From: Candidatus Iainarchaeum sp.
Lineage (GTDB): Archaea > Iainarchaeota > Iainarchaeia > Iainarchaeales > JAFCCJ01
NCBI GenBank assembly: GCA_043816965.1
Contig: JBDRHK010000015.1
Span: 3,548 to 67,547, forward strand
Direction: 5' to 3'
DNA length: 64,000 bases
Shown here: one piece after another, positions 37,844 to 47,225 of the stretch
Numbering within the stretch: the stretch's first letter is position 1
Layout of the letters: each line of letters opens with the position of its first letter
Notes under the pieces: model-generated
What the model saw: the letters and a program-made list of their open reading frames with translations, nothing else
Told to the model about the DNA's origin: nothing
Databases searched by the model: none
Program-made: the position numbers and the translations under genes

Positions 37844-38663
37844 TCTTTCTCAAGTATTTCTGCATCTTCAGCGCATCTTCCTCTAAATTGGGGCTTTCAC
37901 AAATGACCGTTCCTGAAACACCCGATTCCTTCAATGCTTCAATTGCAAGTTTGTAATTCAGGGTGTTTCCCGCATCATCAAAATTCAAATGCTTCCTCTC
38001 ACCCTTCTCAGTGAATTTTATTCCCGAACAATGGAAGTGCGCGTCCTTCAGGAACTTTTTATCCACAGTGCCCAATGCCTTAATGAAATCTTTCTTCTCT
38101 TTAAGGCAGCCAACACCTCTTGCATGGAGATGGGAAAAATCAATCACAGGATAGACAGAATCAATCTCATTGGAGAGGGTAGCGATTTCCTCCAGCGAAC
38201 CAAACTGGCTTCCCTTGCCCGTAGTTTCCAGGCCAATTTTGATTTCAATCCCCTCGTGTTTCAACTGCTCATCAATTTTCATCAATGCCCCCTCCACACT
38301 TACATAAGCAATTTCAGATCCCATCCCCAAATAGAAACCAGGGTGTGCAACGATGATTTTTGCCCCTGCCGCGGCACCGATCCTCGCGCTGTCAAGAATC
38401 CTCTTTTTGCTTGCCTCAAGTTTTGCCCTTTCCTTTGCATTAAGGTTGATGTAATAAGGGGCATGTACACTCAGTGAAATATCCTGTTTTTCCGCAACTT
38501 TCCTGACCTCTGCAGCAAGTTCCAATCCCATATTTACTCCATAAACAAACTCCAGCTCCATTGCCCCCAAACCCAGTTCGGCAACCCTTTCAATACCAGA
38601 AACAGTATCCTGCTTTTTTGTGGAACATGGGATTCCTGCAGTCCCAAAAAGAATTTTCGCCAT
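37836..38663 (-). CDS. Xylose-isomerase-like TIM-barrel protein, endonuclease IV (AP endonuclease 2) family
   Basis: ILFGTAGIP...GLGAMELEF, SVHAPYYINL, VAHPGFY, IGLETTG, DFSHLHA: the metal-ligand pattern of the Nfo-like family. Confidence 0.65.
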   Translation of the reverse strand: MAKILFGTAGIPCSTKKQDTVSGIERVAELGLGAMELEFVYGVNMGLELAAEVRKVAEKQDISLSVHAPYYINLNAKERAKLEASKKRILDSARIGAAAGAKIIVAHPGFYLGMGSEIAYVSVEGALMKIDEQLKHEGIEIKIGLETTGKGSQFGSLEEIATLSNEIDSVYPVIDFSHLHARGVGCLKEKKDFIKALGTVDKKFLKDAHFHCSGIKFTEKGERKHLNFDDAGNTLNYKLAIEALKESGVSGTVICESPNLEEDALKMQKYLRKIT

Positions 38664-38699
38664 ATTAGCAATTAAATTGTAAAATTAATAAAAAGGCAA

Positions 38700-39575
38700 T
38701 CATCCTTTCCTCTGTGTCTGCCGATATGCGTCCTGACTTACCTCTTTTATAAGATTCCCCAGTATTTCAATATCCCTTTTTCCTCTAATTGGCAATTTAT
38801 TAACAATTTTCTGCGCCTCTTCAAGTTTTCCTGATAATGCAAGACAGATAACAACCATGCGAACATTGCCATCTCTTCTATAGTTCCTCGCAAGATTTTC
38901 AAGAGTGGTATGCGTCTTAATTTCTTCAGTAATTAAACTCCTTACAGTTCTTGCATCCTCCGATTTCATAAGAAGTAATTTTTCATAAATCTCAAGAGCT
39001 TTTATGAATTTTTTGGCTATGCAAAAATTTATGGCGGCAAGTCTATACTTCCCCCGCCTAAGAGAAATATTCCCCAATTTTTCTAATGCTTTCCTATCAT
39101 TTAATGCTTCTGCTATGCTGGAAGCCACTGAAAAATTCCCCCGCCTTTCAGCAGATGCCATCAGATCCCCCATCAAACCGATCTGCCCCATCCTCCTAAG
39201 AATGAAAGGAATATGCTCAAAGTCCTTCATCCCTGAATTTAATAACCTCTTAAGTGTTCTTTCTGCCGCATTATTTTCGCCATTAATCATATGATTTAAA
39301 GCGGTTTTTAAAATAATTTCATCAGGGCTAAGATGAGACTTATTCAAATCTGCCAATATTTGAGAAAGGGCCTGTTTTTTAGGTTTAAAACTCCTGGCGG
39401 TTTTTCCTTTATGGCTTACAGCCCGCTTGTCAACGGATGAAGGTTTACTTTGAGTTGGTTTGAGAAGGATTAAGTTGGTAGTTTTCCTATTACCCATAAA
39501 AGAAGAACACTTCCACGAAATATAATAATTTGCTTCTTTAAAAATTCCGAAAAAACCAATAAAAACAGAATTCAA
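38700..39575 (-). CDS. Hypothetical alpha-helical repeat protein
   Basis: ORF only. TPR-like helical periodicity. The start is possibly the internal MGNRK. Confidence 0.3.
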   Translation of the reverse strand: MNSVFIGFFGIFKEANYYISWKCSSFMGNRKTTNLILLKPTQSKPSSVDKRAVSHKGKTARSFKPKKQALSQILADLNKSHLSPDEIILKTALNHMINGENNAAERTLKRLLNSGMKDFEHIPFILRRMGQIGLMGDLMASAERRGNFSVASSIAEALNDRKALEKLGNISLRRGKYRLAAINFCIAKKFIKALEIYEKLLLMKSEDARTVRSLITEEIKTHTTLENLARNYRRDGNVRMVVICLALSGKLEEAQKIVNKLPIRGKRDIEILGNLIKEVSQDAYRQTQRKG

Positions 39576-39578
39576 AAT

Positions 39579-39815
39579 TCACATTTTCCTTATTCCGTCG
39601 CAGGAAGGATATGCCGCGCAGCCCCAGAAATTTCCATATTTTCCAACTCTAGGAGCCATCGCAATCCCGCATTCAGGGCATAGTGGCGCTTTCCCGATAG
39701 TTTGGGTGTGCTTGCCGCAGACAGGCTGTTTTGCCTTGTTATAGGCCACAGCATTTCCATCGCATACAGTGCATTTCATCAAAATCAACCTTGCCGGATT
39801 ATATGTAAGACTCAT
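39579..39815 (-). CDS. Stand-alone topoisomerase-type C4 zinc-finger protein
   Basis: CTVCDG...CGKH and CPECG...FWGCAAYPSCDG (zf-C4_Topoisom signature). Confidence 0.7.
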   Translation of the reverse strand: MSLTYNPARLILMKCTVCDGNAVAYNKAKQPVCGKHTQTIGKAPLCPECGIAMAPRVGKYGNFWGCAAYPSCDGIRKM

Positions 39816-39891
39816 ATGTTTAAATTACTTTTCACGAAGGGGACTCAATTCTTTTTTAATATTGTTTTTACAACTATTAAATAGGTACAAT

Positions 39892-41019
39892 ATGAAAAGG
39901 AACATTTTTGACAATGCCAGGGGTGAAAAGCGCATTTTCAAGGACGAAAGATATCTCTATCCGGAATTTGTCCCTGAGAGGCTTTCCCACAGGGATTCTG
40001 AAATCAACAGCCTTGTATACGCATTCAATCCTGTTGCCAAGGGCGGAAAACCCCATAATGTTTTTGTCACAGGGGCAACAGGGACAGGGAAAACAGTGAG
40101 CGTGAAATATGTCCTGAACGAACTGGAGGAATACAGCGACAGGGCTAAGAAACTATACCTGAACTGTTTTGAATACAATTCCCGCCATGCAATCCTATCA
40201 AAAATCGCGAATTTTCTTGGGGCGCCGATTCCAAGAAGGGGCCTTGCAACAGACGAGATTTACTCCAAGATGCTGGAGGCAATGAAAAAGGTGGATTTCT
40301 TCCCGATAATAATCCTTGATGAAATCGACCAGATAATGAACATAACAGAATCCTCCAATCTGCTTTATGATTTATTGAGGGTAATTGAGTATCAGAGAAA
40401 CCGTTTCGGACTTGCGATAATTTCCAATGACCCGTCTTTCACCTCAAAACTTGACTCAAGGGTCAAAAGTTCCCTTGCGGAGGAGAAAGTTGTTTTCAAT
40501 CCCTATACCCCGATCCAGATTAAGGACATATTGAAAGAAAGGGCAAACTACGCTTTCCAGGGGGATGCGCTTAATGAAGAGGTAATCCCAGTTGCCGCAG
40601 CCCATGCCGCGAAAAGGGGAGGGGATGCGAGGGTTGCGATAGAGGCGCTCTGGAAAGCAGGAAGGGAAGCTGAAAGGGAAAATGCGGGGAAAGTTGAATT
40701 AAAGCATTTGAAAATGGCATTTGAGATTGTGGATTCGGTTTCTGCCCTGAAGCACGTGAAGGAGCTTGATGACAACGAAAAGGCGGTTCTCAAAATCATC
40801 GCCGAGCTTAGCCCAATCGCTTCAGGGGATTTGTATGAGAAATACTGCGCTTCAGAAAAGGAGCCCCTTTCCCAGCGCAGGGTGAGTGAATTCGTAACCA
40901 ACCTCGAAAAAAGGAATTTAGTTTCTGCAGCTCTTATAAGCATGGGCAACAAGGGAAAAACAAGGCAGATTTCCCTCACTGCGCCAAAAGATGCCGTGCT
41001 GAAAGAATTAACGGATTAA
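39892..41019 (+). CDS. orc1/cdc6: Orc1/Cdc6 replication initiator
   Basis: YLYPEFVPERLSHRDSEINSL, Walker A GATGTGKT, Walker B ILDEID, RGGDARVAIEAL and a C-terminal winged helix. ATG 39892 rather than the track start 39769. Confidence 0.9.
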   Translation: MKRNIFDNARGEKRIFKDERYLYPEFVPERLSHRDSEINSLVYAFNPVAKGGKPHNVFVTGATGTGKTVSVKYVLNELEEYSDRAKKLYLNCFEYNSRHAILSKIANFLGAPIPRRGLATDEIYSKMLEAMKKVDFFPIIILDEIDQIMNITESSNLLYDLLRVIEYQRNRFGLAIISNDPSFTSKLDSRVKSSLAEEKVVFNPYTPIQIKDILKERANYAFQGDALNEEVIPVAAAHAAKRGGDARVAIEALWKAGREAERENAGKVELKHLKMAFEIVDSVSALKHVKELDDNEKAVLKIIAELSPIASGDLYEKYCASEKEPLSQRRVSEFVTNLEKRNLVSAALISMGNKGKTRQISLTAPKDAVLKELTD

Positions 41020-41100
41020 TTCGATAACACCTTCTTTCGTACGCCGCACCGGAAACCCACTCCCGAAGGCGTATTTAAAGACCCAATACAAAATTTTATT

Positions 41101-42363
41101 ATGGGTATTAAAGGACTTGATTGTAAAACAGAATATCATTGGTTTGATGAGCCAGATACTGTAAGAGTTAGATTAGAAAAAGAGCTCTGGGAAATATTTA
41201 TAAATAAGGCAATTGCGAAGGCAGGCTCAAGAACCAGATTAGCAAATGCAACTGGACTATGCAAGGTAACTGTTTTCAATTATTTCCACAATATAAGTTT
41301 GACCGTAGGAGGGGTAAAGAAAATTCTTAATTTTTTAAACATTGATTACATGTCGGTTGAAGATAAAGTTAGGGAAATTGCTTGGACTAAAAACATTAAA
41401 TTGCCAATAAAACTTAATACGCCATCTATGGCTACTATTTTAGCAGCAGTAATTGGAGATGGAACTATTAGTGAAGTGCACGTAGAATATAAAAACAAGG
41501 ATAGTGAGCTACTGAATAAAGTCGAGAAAGAAATAAAAAAGACTTTTGGAAATGTTAAAATAGATCATAGAATTTCTGAGAAGGGCATTCCTTATATAGT
41601 TGCTAACAAAATTGTTAAAAGAGTTTTAATAAACGTTGGAGTGCCCGTTGGCAAAAAATTAAATAAAAATTCTGGAGTTCCAAAGATTATTGTGAATGGT
41701 TCAAAAAGAATGCAAAAAGCATTTATTCAGCAATTATTTGATGATGAAGGTTGGGTTGAAAACACCAATTATAAAATTGGATTATCGCAAGCCAATGAGT
41801 GTACTAATGCAATTAACAAAAAATTTTTTTCTGGAATGAAAATAAACAAGCCCTACAGCATAAATAAAATCCCCGAAGAAAATCGAAATAATGTTTTGCC
41901 TCCTCAACTCTTAACAGGCATAAGAAAAATCCTACATGAAAAATTTTTAGTCGAGTCCAATCTAAGGCTAAAAAGAATAATAAGGCGGAGAAAAGGATAT
42001 GTTACTGCATTCTGGGAACTTAATGTGGGCAAGAAAGAATCATTATTAAACTTCAAAAATAGAATTGGATTTTATTGCAAGAGAAAAAGAAAAGACTTTG
42101 ATTTAATGGTTGGATTAAGAGAAAGCATGGTTCCAAAAGACATTCTAAGTCAAATATTTTACGAAGGAGCGAATCTTTCGAAGGAAAATGGGAGGTTTAA
42201 AGTTAAGGAAATATCCAAAAAGGTAAATCTCCACCCGTCCCGTATCAGGAAGAGGCTACAGACTCTCGTAAAAAGAGGTGTTTTTTATAAGAAAAATGGC
42301 GACTATGGCCTAAATCATAGTTATTTAATTAAAACCTTTTTTAACTCAACTAATAGGGGTTTA
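41101..42363 (+). mobile_element. LAGLIDADG homing-endonuclease-like ORF (421 codons) with HTH/wHTH segments, open in frame into the downstream GTPase
   Basis: LAAVIGDGTIS and FIQQLFDDEGWVE (two LAGLIDADG motifs). HTH-like GSRTRLANATGLCKVTVFNYF. Markedly AT-rich. No stop before ATG 42364. A TATA-like tatttaaag lies ~25 nt upstream of 41101. Confidence 0.7.
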
Positions 42364-43560
42364 ATGCAAATAGGTTGTGTGGGTAAACCATCGAGTGGTA
42401 AGAGCACGTTTTTCAGTGCTGCAACACTTACTGATGTTGAAATTGATATGCGGCCATTCACAACTATCAAAGCTAATATTGGAACAGGATATATAACGAC
42501 AAAATGCGTGCATGGGGAATTTGGCAAACAGTGCCAACCCCAGAATAGTAAATGCGTAAATGGCATTAGACTCATACCAATTCAACTTTTAGATGTTGCA
42601 GGGCTAATTGAAGGTAGCTGGCAAGGTAAAGGACTTGGAAATTCTTTCATGTCGGATTTAATGCAAGCAAGTGCTTTAATCCATGTTTTGGATGTTGCCG
42701 GAATAACAGATGCGCAGGGCAATGTCTGTGGTTCAGGAACGCATGATCCGGCAGTTGACATTAAGTTTCTCGAGAGGGAGATTTCATATTGGATAAAAAG
42801 CATTTTAACAAAAAACTGGGCTAAAATAAGTAAACAATCCGGATTGAATGAGAAGGGTCCTGGAGTAGCATTGGCAAAACAGTTGAGCGGATTGGGAATA
42901 AGTGAAGATTGTGTGAATGATGTTTTGAAAGAAGGCAATTTCAGTGATAAGCCATATTCATGGAACGAAGAAGAAATTTTGAGATTTAGCGGGCTGGTTA
43001 GGGATAAAAGCAAACCTTTGTTGATTGCTGCCAATAAGATAGATCTTGCTGGGGCGCGAGAAAAATATGAAAAAATAAAGAAAGAATTTCCAAATTATAA
43101 GATTTTTCCAACTTCCGGAGCGGCAGAGCTTGCATTAAGAAAAGCAGAGAGAAATGGGATAATAAAGTATGTTCCAGGTGAAGATAAGTTCGAGATTGTA
43201 AAAGGAGATATTGATGAAAAGCAAAGGAAAGGATTAGATTTTATTCAGAAAAATATCCTTGATAAATATGGTTCGACCGGGATACAGAACGTGTTAAATA
43301 AAACAGCATTTGAACTTTTGGATTTGATAGTAGTTTATCCTGTTGAGGACCAGAATAAGTGGACAAGTGGGCAGGGAAATATTCTCCCAGATGCTTATTT
43401 GTTGAAGAGAGGAAGTACTCCAAAAGATTTATCTGGCAAAATTCACAGTGATTTTATTGATAAGTATATTGGGTCAATAAATTGCAAAACAGGCCAAAAG
43501 ATTTCTGAAAATTATAAACTGCAAAACAACGATGTTATCAAAATTATGCTCTCTCACTAA
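42364..43560 (+). CDS. YchF/OLA1-like P-loop GTPase with C-terminal TGS domain
   Basis: MQIGCVGKPSSGKSTFF (G1), DVAGL (G3), NKID (G4) and a TGS-like C-terminus. 398 aa from ATG 42364 is the normal family length. Confidence 0.85.
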   Translation: MQIGCVGKPSSGKSTFFSAATLTDVEIDMRPFTTIKANIGTGYITTKCVHGEFGKQCQPQNSKCVNGIRLIPIQLLDVAGLIEGSWQGKGLGNSFMSDLMQASALIHVLDVAGITDAQGNVCGSGTHDPAVDIKFLEREISYWIKSILTKNWAKISKQSGLNEKGPGVALAKQLSGLGISEDCVNDVLKEGNFSDKPYSWNEEEILRFSGLVRDKSKPLLIAANKIDLAGAREKYEKIKKEFPNYKIFPTSGAAELALRKAERNGIIKYVPGEDKFEIVKGDIDEKQRKGLDFIQKNILDKYGSTGIQNVLNKTAFELLDLIVVYPVEDQNKWTSGQGNILPDAYLLKRGSTPKDLSGKIHSDFIDKYIGSINCKTGQKISENYKLQNNDVIKIMLSH

Positions 43561-43707
43561 CATTATATAAGATTTTATAAGATTTAAGAATTTACCAACA
43601 ATTCCTATCTGCATTCAACCACAATTAATCAATTTATGGAAAAAGCCTTATTAGGATATACTAAAATTCAGTCAATATATTTATGGATTTCCCTCAGAAT
43701 ATATATT

Positions 43708-45081
43708 ATGGCTGATTTATGGACAGACAAATATTCCCCGAAAACTCCTGAGGAATTTGTCGGAAACAGCGAAATTCTCGCAAAAGCCCTTGATTGGGCC
43801 AATGGATGGGGCCAGGGGAAAAAACAATCCCCGCTGCTTTTATGGGGCCAGACAGGCTCAGGGAAAACATTGCTGGCATATTTGATTGCAAAGCTGCAGG
43901 ATTGGGAGATGTTTGAGTTAAATGCATCTGATTTCAGGTCCAAAGATATAATTGAAAGAATTGCAGGTGCGGCGGCGGCAAATGCGAGCTTCTCCGGAAA
44001 GAAAAGGCTTGTGCTGATTGATGAGTTGGACGGGCTGCACGGCACCAAGGACAGGGGCGGAGCCGGAGCGATTGCTTCTGTAATCCGGCAGGCGCAGAAC
44101 CCGATGATTTTAACCGCGAATGACATTTACTCCAACAGGAATATTTCCTCCCTGAGGTTTGCCTGCACAACACTGGAATTCAAGAAAATAAATTACCTTT
44201 CCATTGCAAAACGCCTGAGGGAAATTCTGGATGGGGAGAATGCAAAGTATGATCCTGAAGCAGTAAAGGAACTCGCAAAAAACTCCGGGGGGGATTTTCG
44301 TTCTGCGCTTCTGGATTTACAGACCCTTGCAATGGAGGATGAAATAGGGATGAAGGAAGTCCAGTCCATGGGGGGGAGGGAAAGAAGCGAAAAGATATTT
44401 ACAGTTATGAAATACGTCTTTAAAGGAAAGGATTTAGGGGAGATAAGGAAGGCAAGGATGGCATCTGACCTAAGCAATGATTTATTGCAAAGATGGGTTG
44501 AGGAAAACATCCCTAGGCAGTATTCCGGCGCAGATATGGCAAAGGCATTTGACAGGTTCAGCAGGTCTGATATTTTTAACGGGAGGATAAGAAGGATGCA
44601 GTACTGGGGCTTTCTCCGTTATTCATCAGAACTTATGACCTCAGGAATTGCATTTTCTAGGGAGAATGATTACAGTTCATTTGTCCCCTACCAGTTCCCA
44701 ACACTCCTCTCTAAACTTTCAAAATCCCGCCCAATAAGGGAGCTGAAAAAAGGGCTTGGGAGAAAAGTGGGGAAACAAATACACTCCTCAGCAAGGGATG
44801 TTATGGCCCATGACCTCCCTTTTATGCAGATGCTTTTCGAGCAGAAAGAACTTGCCCCAAGAATCGCCGCCCAGTTTGACCTGAATGAGAAAGAAGTTGC
44901 GTTCCTAATGAACACAAAACCAGAAACAAAGAAAGTGCAAAAAGTAATTGAGGAGGCTGCTGAATTGAGAACCCAAAACATTACTGAAAAAAGGTCAATC
45001 TTCCGCGAAAACTTCAGCTCCAAGGAAAAAATCGAAGAGAAACCGGAAGAAGAAAGCGGCAACCAAACCAAATTATTCTAA
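43708..45081 (+). CDS. rfcL: Replication factor C large subunit
   Basis: LWTDKYSPKTPEEFVGN, GQTGSGKT (Walker A), LIDELDG (Walker B), acidic/basic C-terminal tail ending NQTKLF. Confidence 0.85.
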   Translation: MADLWTDKYSPKTPEEFVGNSEILAKALDWANGWGQGKKQSPLLLWGQTGSGKTLLAYLIAKLQDWEMFELNASDFRSKDIIERIAGAAAANASFSGKKRLVLIDELDGLHGTKDRGGAGAIASVIRQAQNPMILTANDIYSNRNISSLRFACTTLEFKKINYLSIAKRLREILDGENAKYDPEAVKELAKNSGGDFRSALLDLQTLAMEDEIGMKEVQSMGGRERSEKIFTVMKYVFKGKDLGEIRKARMASDLSNDLLQRWVEENIPRQYSGADMAKAFDRFSRSDIFNGRIRRMQYWGFLRYSSELMTSGIAFSRENDYSSFVPYQFPTLLSKLSKSRPIRELKKGLGRKVGKQIHSSARDVMAHDLPFMQMLFEQKELAPRIAAQFDLNEKEVAFLMNTKPETKKVQKVIEEAAELRTQNITEKRSIFRENFSSKEKIEEKPEEESGNQTKLF

Positions 45082-45143
45082 TCATGAATTAACCTACCCA
45101 AAAGAATAAATATAATAATCTGCCTAATTATGTCGGTGTTTTT

Positions 45144-45569
45144 ATGAGAAAACCAAGAAAGCCATCTACCCCGACTCCTGATGGGAAAATGGTAAAAGGA
45201 GAACAAATGGAAAAAAGGCTTGGCGACAGGCGTCAAATAGAAACCTGGACTAAAGAGCACCCGCTGCCTAAAGAAATTTACGGTAGACGAAACCCCCCCC
45301 TTAGTTATGCAATTGTTAATGGTGCCGGAAAAAACAGAAAAGTTATTGATTTACGTGAGTCTGAACATGGGGAGCCGTATCCTTATAAGGAAGGGCTGAA
45401 AGTAGTAAAAGGAAGAAGAGATGGTCTGGTTAAACGTGTTATTAAACGTGTTATGAAAACAAATTCCAAATACCCTTTTCTCAATGGAAAGGTCATAACT
45501 TCGGAAGATGCAGGGCCGCGATTAGCAACCACGAGAAGAGAAAGAGGGGAAAGGCGCATAAAAAAATAA
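45144..45569 (+). CDS. Hypothetical basic protein
   Basis: ORF only. Confidence 0.3.
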   Translation: MRKPRKPSTPTPDGKMVKGEQMEKRLGDRRQIETWTKEHPLPKEIYGRRNPPLSYAIVNGAGKNRKVIDLRESEHGEPYPYKEGLKVVKGRRDGLVKRVIKRVMKTNSKYPFLNGKVITSEDAGPRLATTRRERGERRIKK

Positions 45570-45586
45570 AACCAAGGGCCAGCTTT

Positions 45587-47224
45587 CTAAATTTCAATTT
45601 CCATAACACTAACAGGCATTTCCAAACCAAACGCATCAAGGGTTTTCCTGTTTATTTCCCCGAGAACACCCCTCTTCTTTCCCATTGAAATTTCCCCGCT
45701 TTTCCCCTTCTCAAATGCAGGGTCGCTGGAATCTGAAATGGAATAATTAATTCCCAAATTGCTGCAGACCGCATCGAGGACAGATTTCATCTGGGTAAAC
45801 CCAAATCTCCTGTCGCTTACCACAATACATAGCTTTTCCATTTCCTTAACGCCAGTTTCGTTTTTAGGGCCCAGTTCAAGTGCCCTCCCTATTTCAAAAA
45901 TCCTCTGAGGATAATCTGCGTTCTTGTTCCTGAATAAAAATCCCAAATGCTCGGGGTAAAGCCTTTTTCGCATAATTACCCAGTTAAGTGAAACAGGATT
46001 GGCAAGCTCAACAAATTTCTCGCCCTTAAGGCCAATCTTTCTCTCCTGCCTCTCCCTGGAGCTAAGGACAAAAGTGAGAATTTCCTGCAGGCCCAAACCA
46101 ACACAGACATCCCTCACCTTATCAAGGTAAATGCTTTCCACCCTTTCATGCCCGACAACATCCATCTCCACCTTTTCCGGTTTTATGGAATTAAATCCCT
46201 CACTAATAAGCACATCCTCAATAACATCCACTGCATGTATTATATCTCTTCTATAATCCGCATAAGTAACCTCAACTTTCTTACCCTTCAATTTCCCGAC
46301 CATTCCTGATTTCTGAATTAGGGAAAGGAAATGTCTAGATGTAAAATCAATTCCCGACATCTTCCTTGCAAAATCCAAATCAACAGAAATTTTCTTCGTT
46401 CCAAATTCAGGAGTTGTTAATTTCTTTCCATTATACTTAATCTCGACAGATTCAATCTTCCCGCCCCTGTCTGCCAAAGCCATGCAGATTATTTTCAGCG
46501 CGGTGTTAATCTTCTCCTGATCAAAACCAGTGACATCAACAAACAAATTCCTTGTTTTTTCAGTTATCTTCCCGCTTCCAGCAGAATTGATGATTGGCGG
46601 CATTGAAAGAACCTCGCCCTTGCTGTCCACCAGCAGTGGAAACTTGTCAAACTTCGCAATTAAATGTCCGTACTCCTTTCCCTTCGGATGCTCCTGCAGA
46701 ATTTCATCCAGCCTCATTTTCACACCATAATCAAGCGGAATAAATTCCTCACTCTTCTTGGCGGCATAGTACTTAACATTTCCATGAACCTGATCCAAAT
46801 CAAATAAACCTATTGCAACTTCATCCCGTTTCCTGCCAAAAGTCATGCAGATTTTCTCCTGCAACTGAACTATCTGGCGAATAAATTCATCAGTAACTTT
46901 AACCCCCCTCGCAATCGCATATGCTGCCTTTGGCCTTATATTTTTGAGAGCAGGGTCAACCTCAGCTGAAATCCCTGATTTCTTAACCTTGTATTCAGGC
47001 ATTCCTTTCCTTATACCCAATCTCCCCTTAAGTTCCCTTGCAATTCCTTCAGTGCTCCACAAATCTGGCCGGTTGGTATCTTTCATATCAACCTTTAGCA
47101 AATCCCCTTCCCAGGCATCAACCTCGCCCTTGACATACATGAGCGCGTCCTCAAGTTCCTGCTTGGAGAATTTCTTCCCGATTAATTTTTCCAGATCTTT
47201 CTTCTCAACTTCCACAGTAGGCAT
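45587..47224 (-). CDS. pheT: Phenylalanyl-tRNA synthetase beta subunit (archaeal type)
   Basis: MPTVEVEKKDLEKLIGK... B3/4 and B5 domains, 545 aa, directly downstream of pheS. Confidence 0.9.
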   Translation of the reverse strand: MPTVEVEKKDLEKLIGKKFSKQELEDALMYVKGEVDAWEGDLLKVDMKDTNRPDLWSTEGIARELKGRLGIRKGMPEYKVKKSGISAEVDPALKNIRPKAAYAIARGVKVTDEFIRQIVQLQEKICMTFGRKRDEVAIGLFDLDQVHGNVKYYAAKKSEEFIPLDYGVKMRLDEILQEHPKGKEYGHLIAKFDKFPLLVDSKGEVLSMPPIINSAGSGKITEKTRNLFVDVTGFDQEKINTALKIICMALADRGGKIESVEIKYNGKKLTTPEFGTKKISVDLDFARKMSGIDFTSRHFLSLIQKSGMVGKLKGKKVEVTYADYRRDIIHAVDVIEDVLISEGFNSIKPEKVEMDVVGHERVESIYLDKVRDVCVGLGLQEILTFVLSSRERQERKIGLKGEKFVELANPVSLNWVIMRKRLYPEHLGFLFRNKNADYPQRIFEIGRALELGPKNETGVKEMEKLCIVVSDRRFGFTQMKSVLDAVCSNLGINYSISDSSDPAFEKGKSGEISMGKKRGVLGEINRKTLDAFGLEMPVSVMEIEI

Positions 47225-47225
47225 T

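Noticed and set aside
39816-41100. Replication origin (ORB repeats) next to orc1/cdc6
   Set aside because: The flanking spacers are short (76 and 81 nt). I could not find repeated ORB/mini-ORB-like elements. The only structure is a 6-bp hairpin (tacgcc/ggcgta, 41040-41073). The AT-rich 186-nt spacer at 49937-50122 also lacks convincing repeats.
41101-42363. Canonical intein at the N-terminus of the GTPase
   Set aside because: There is no N-terminal nucleophile context, no TxxH block, no His-Asn or Asn before a Cys/Ser/Thr, and the GTPase sequence is complete after Met422.
43566-43585. Perfect tandem 10-mer (tataagattt x2) downstream of the GTPase gene
   Set aside because: There are only two copies in AT-rich intergenic DNA. 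It is most likely slippage or TATA-like sequence with no further structure.
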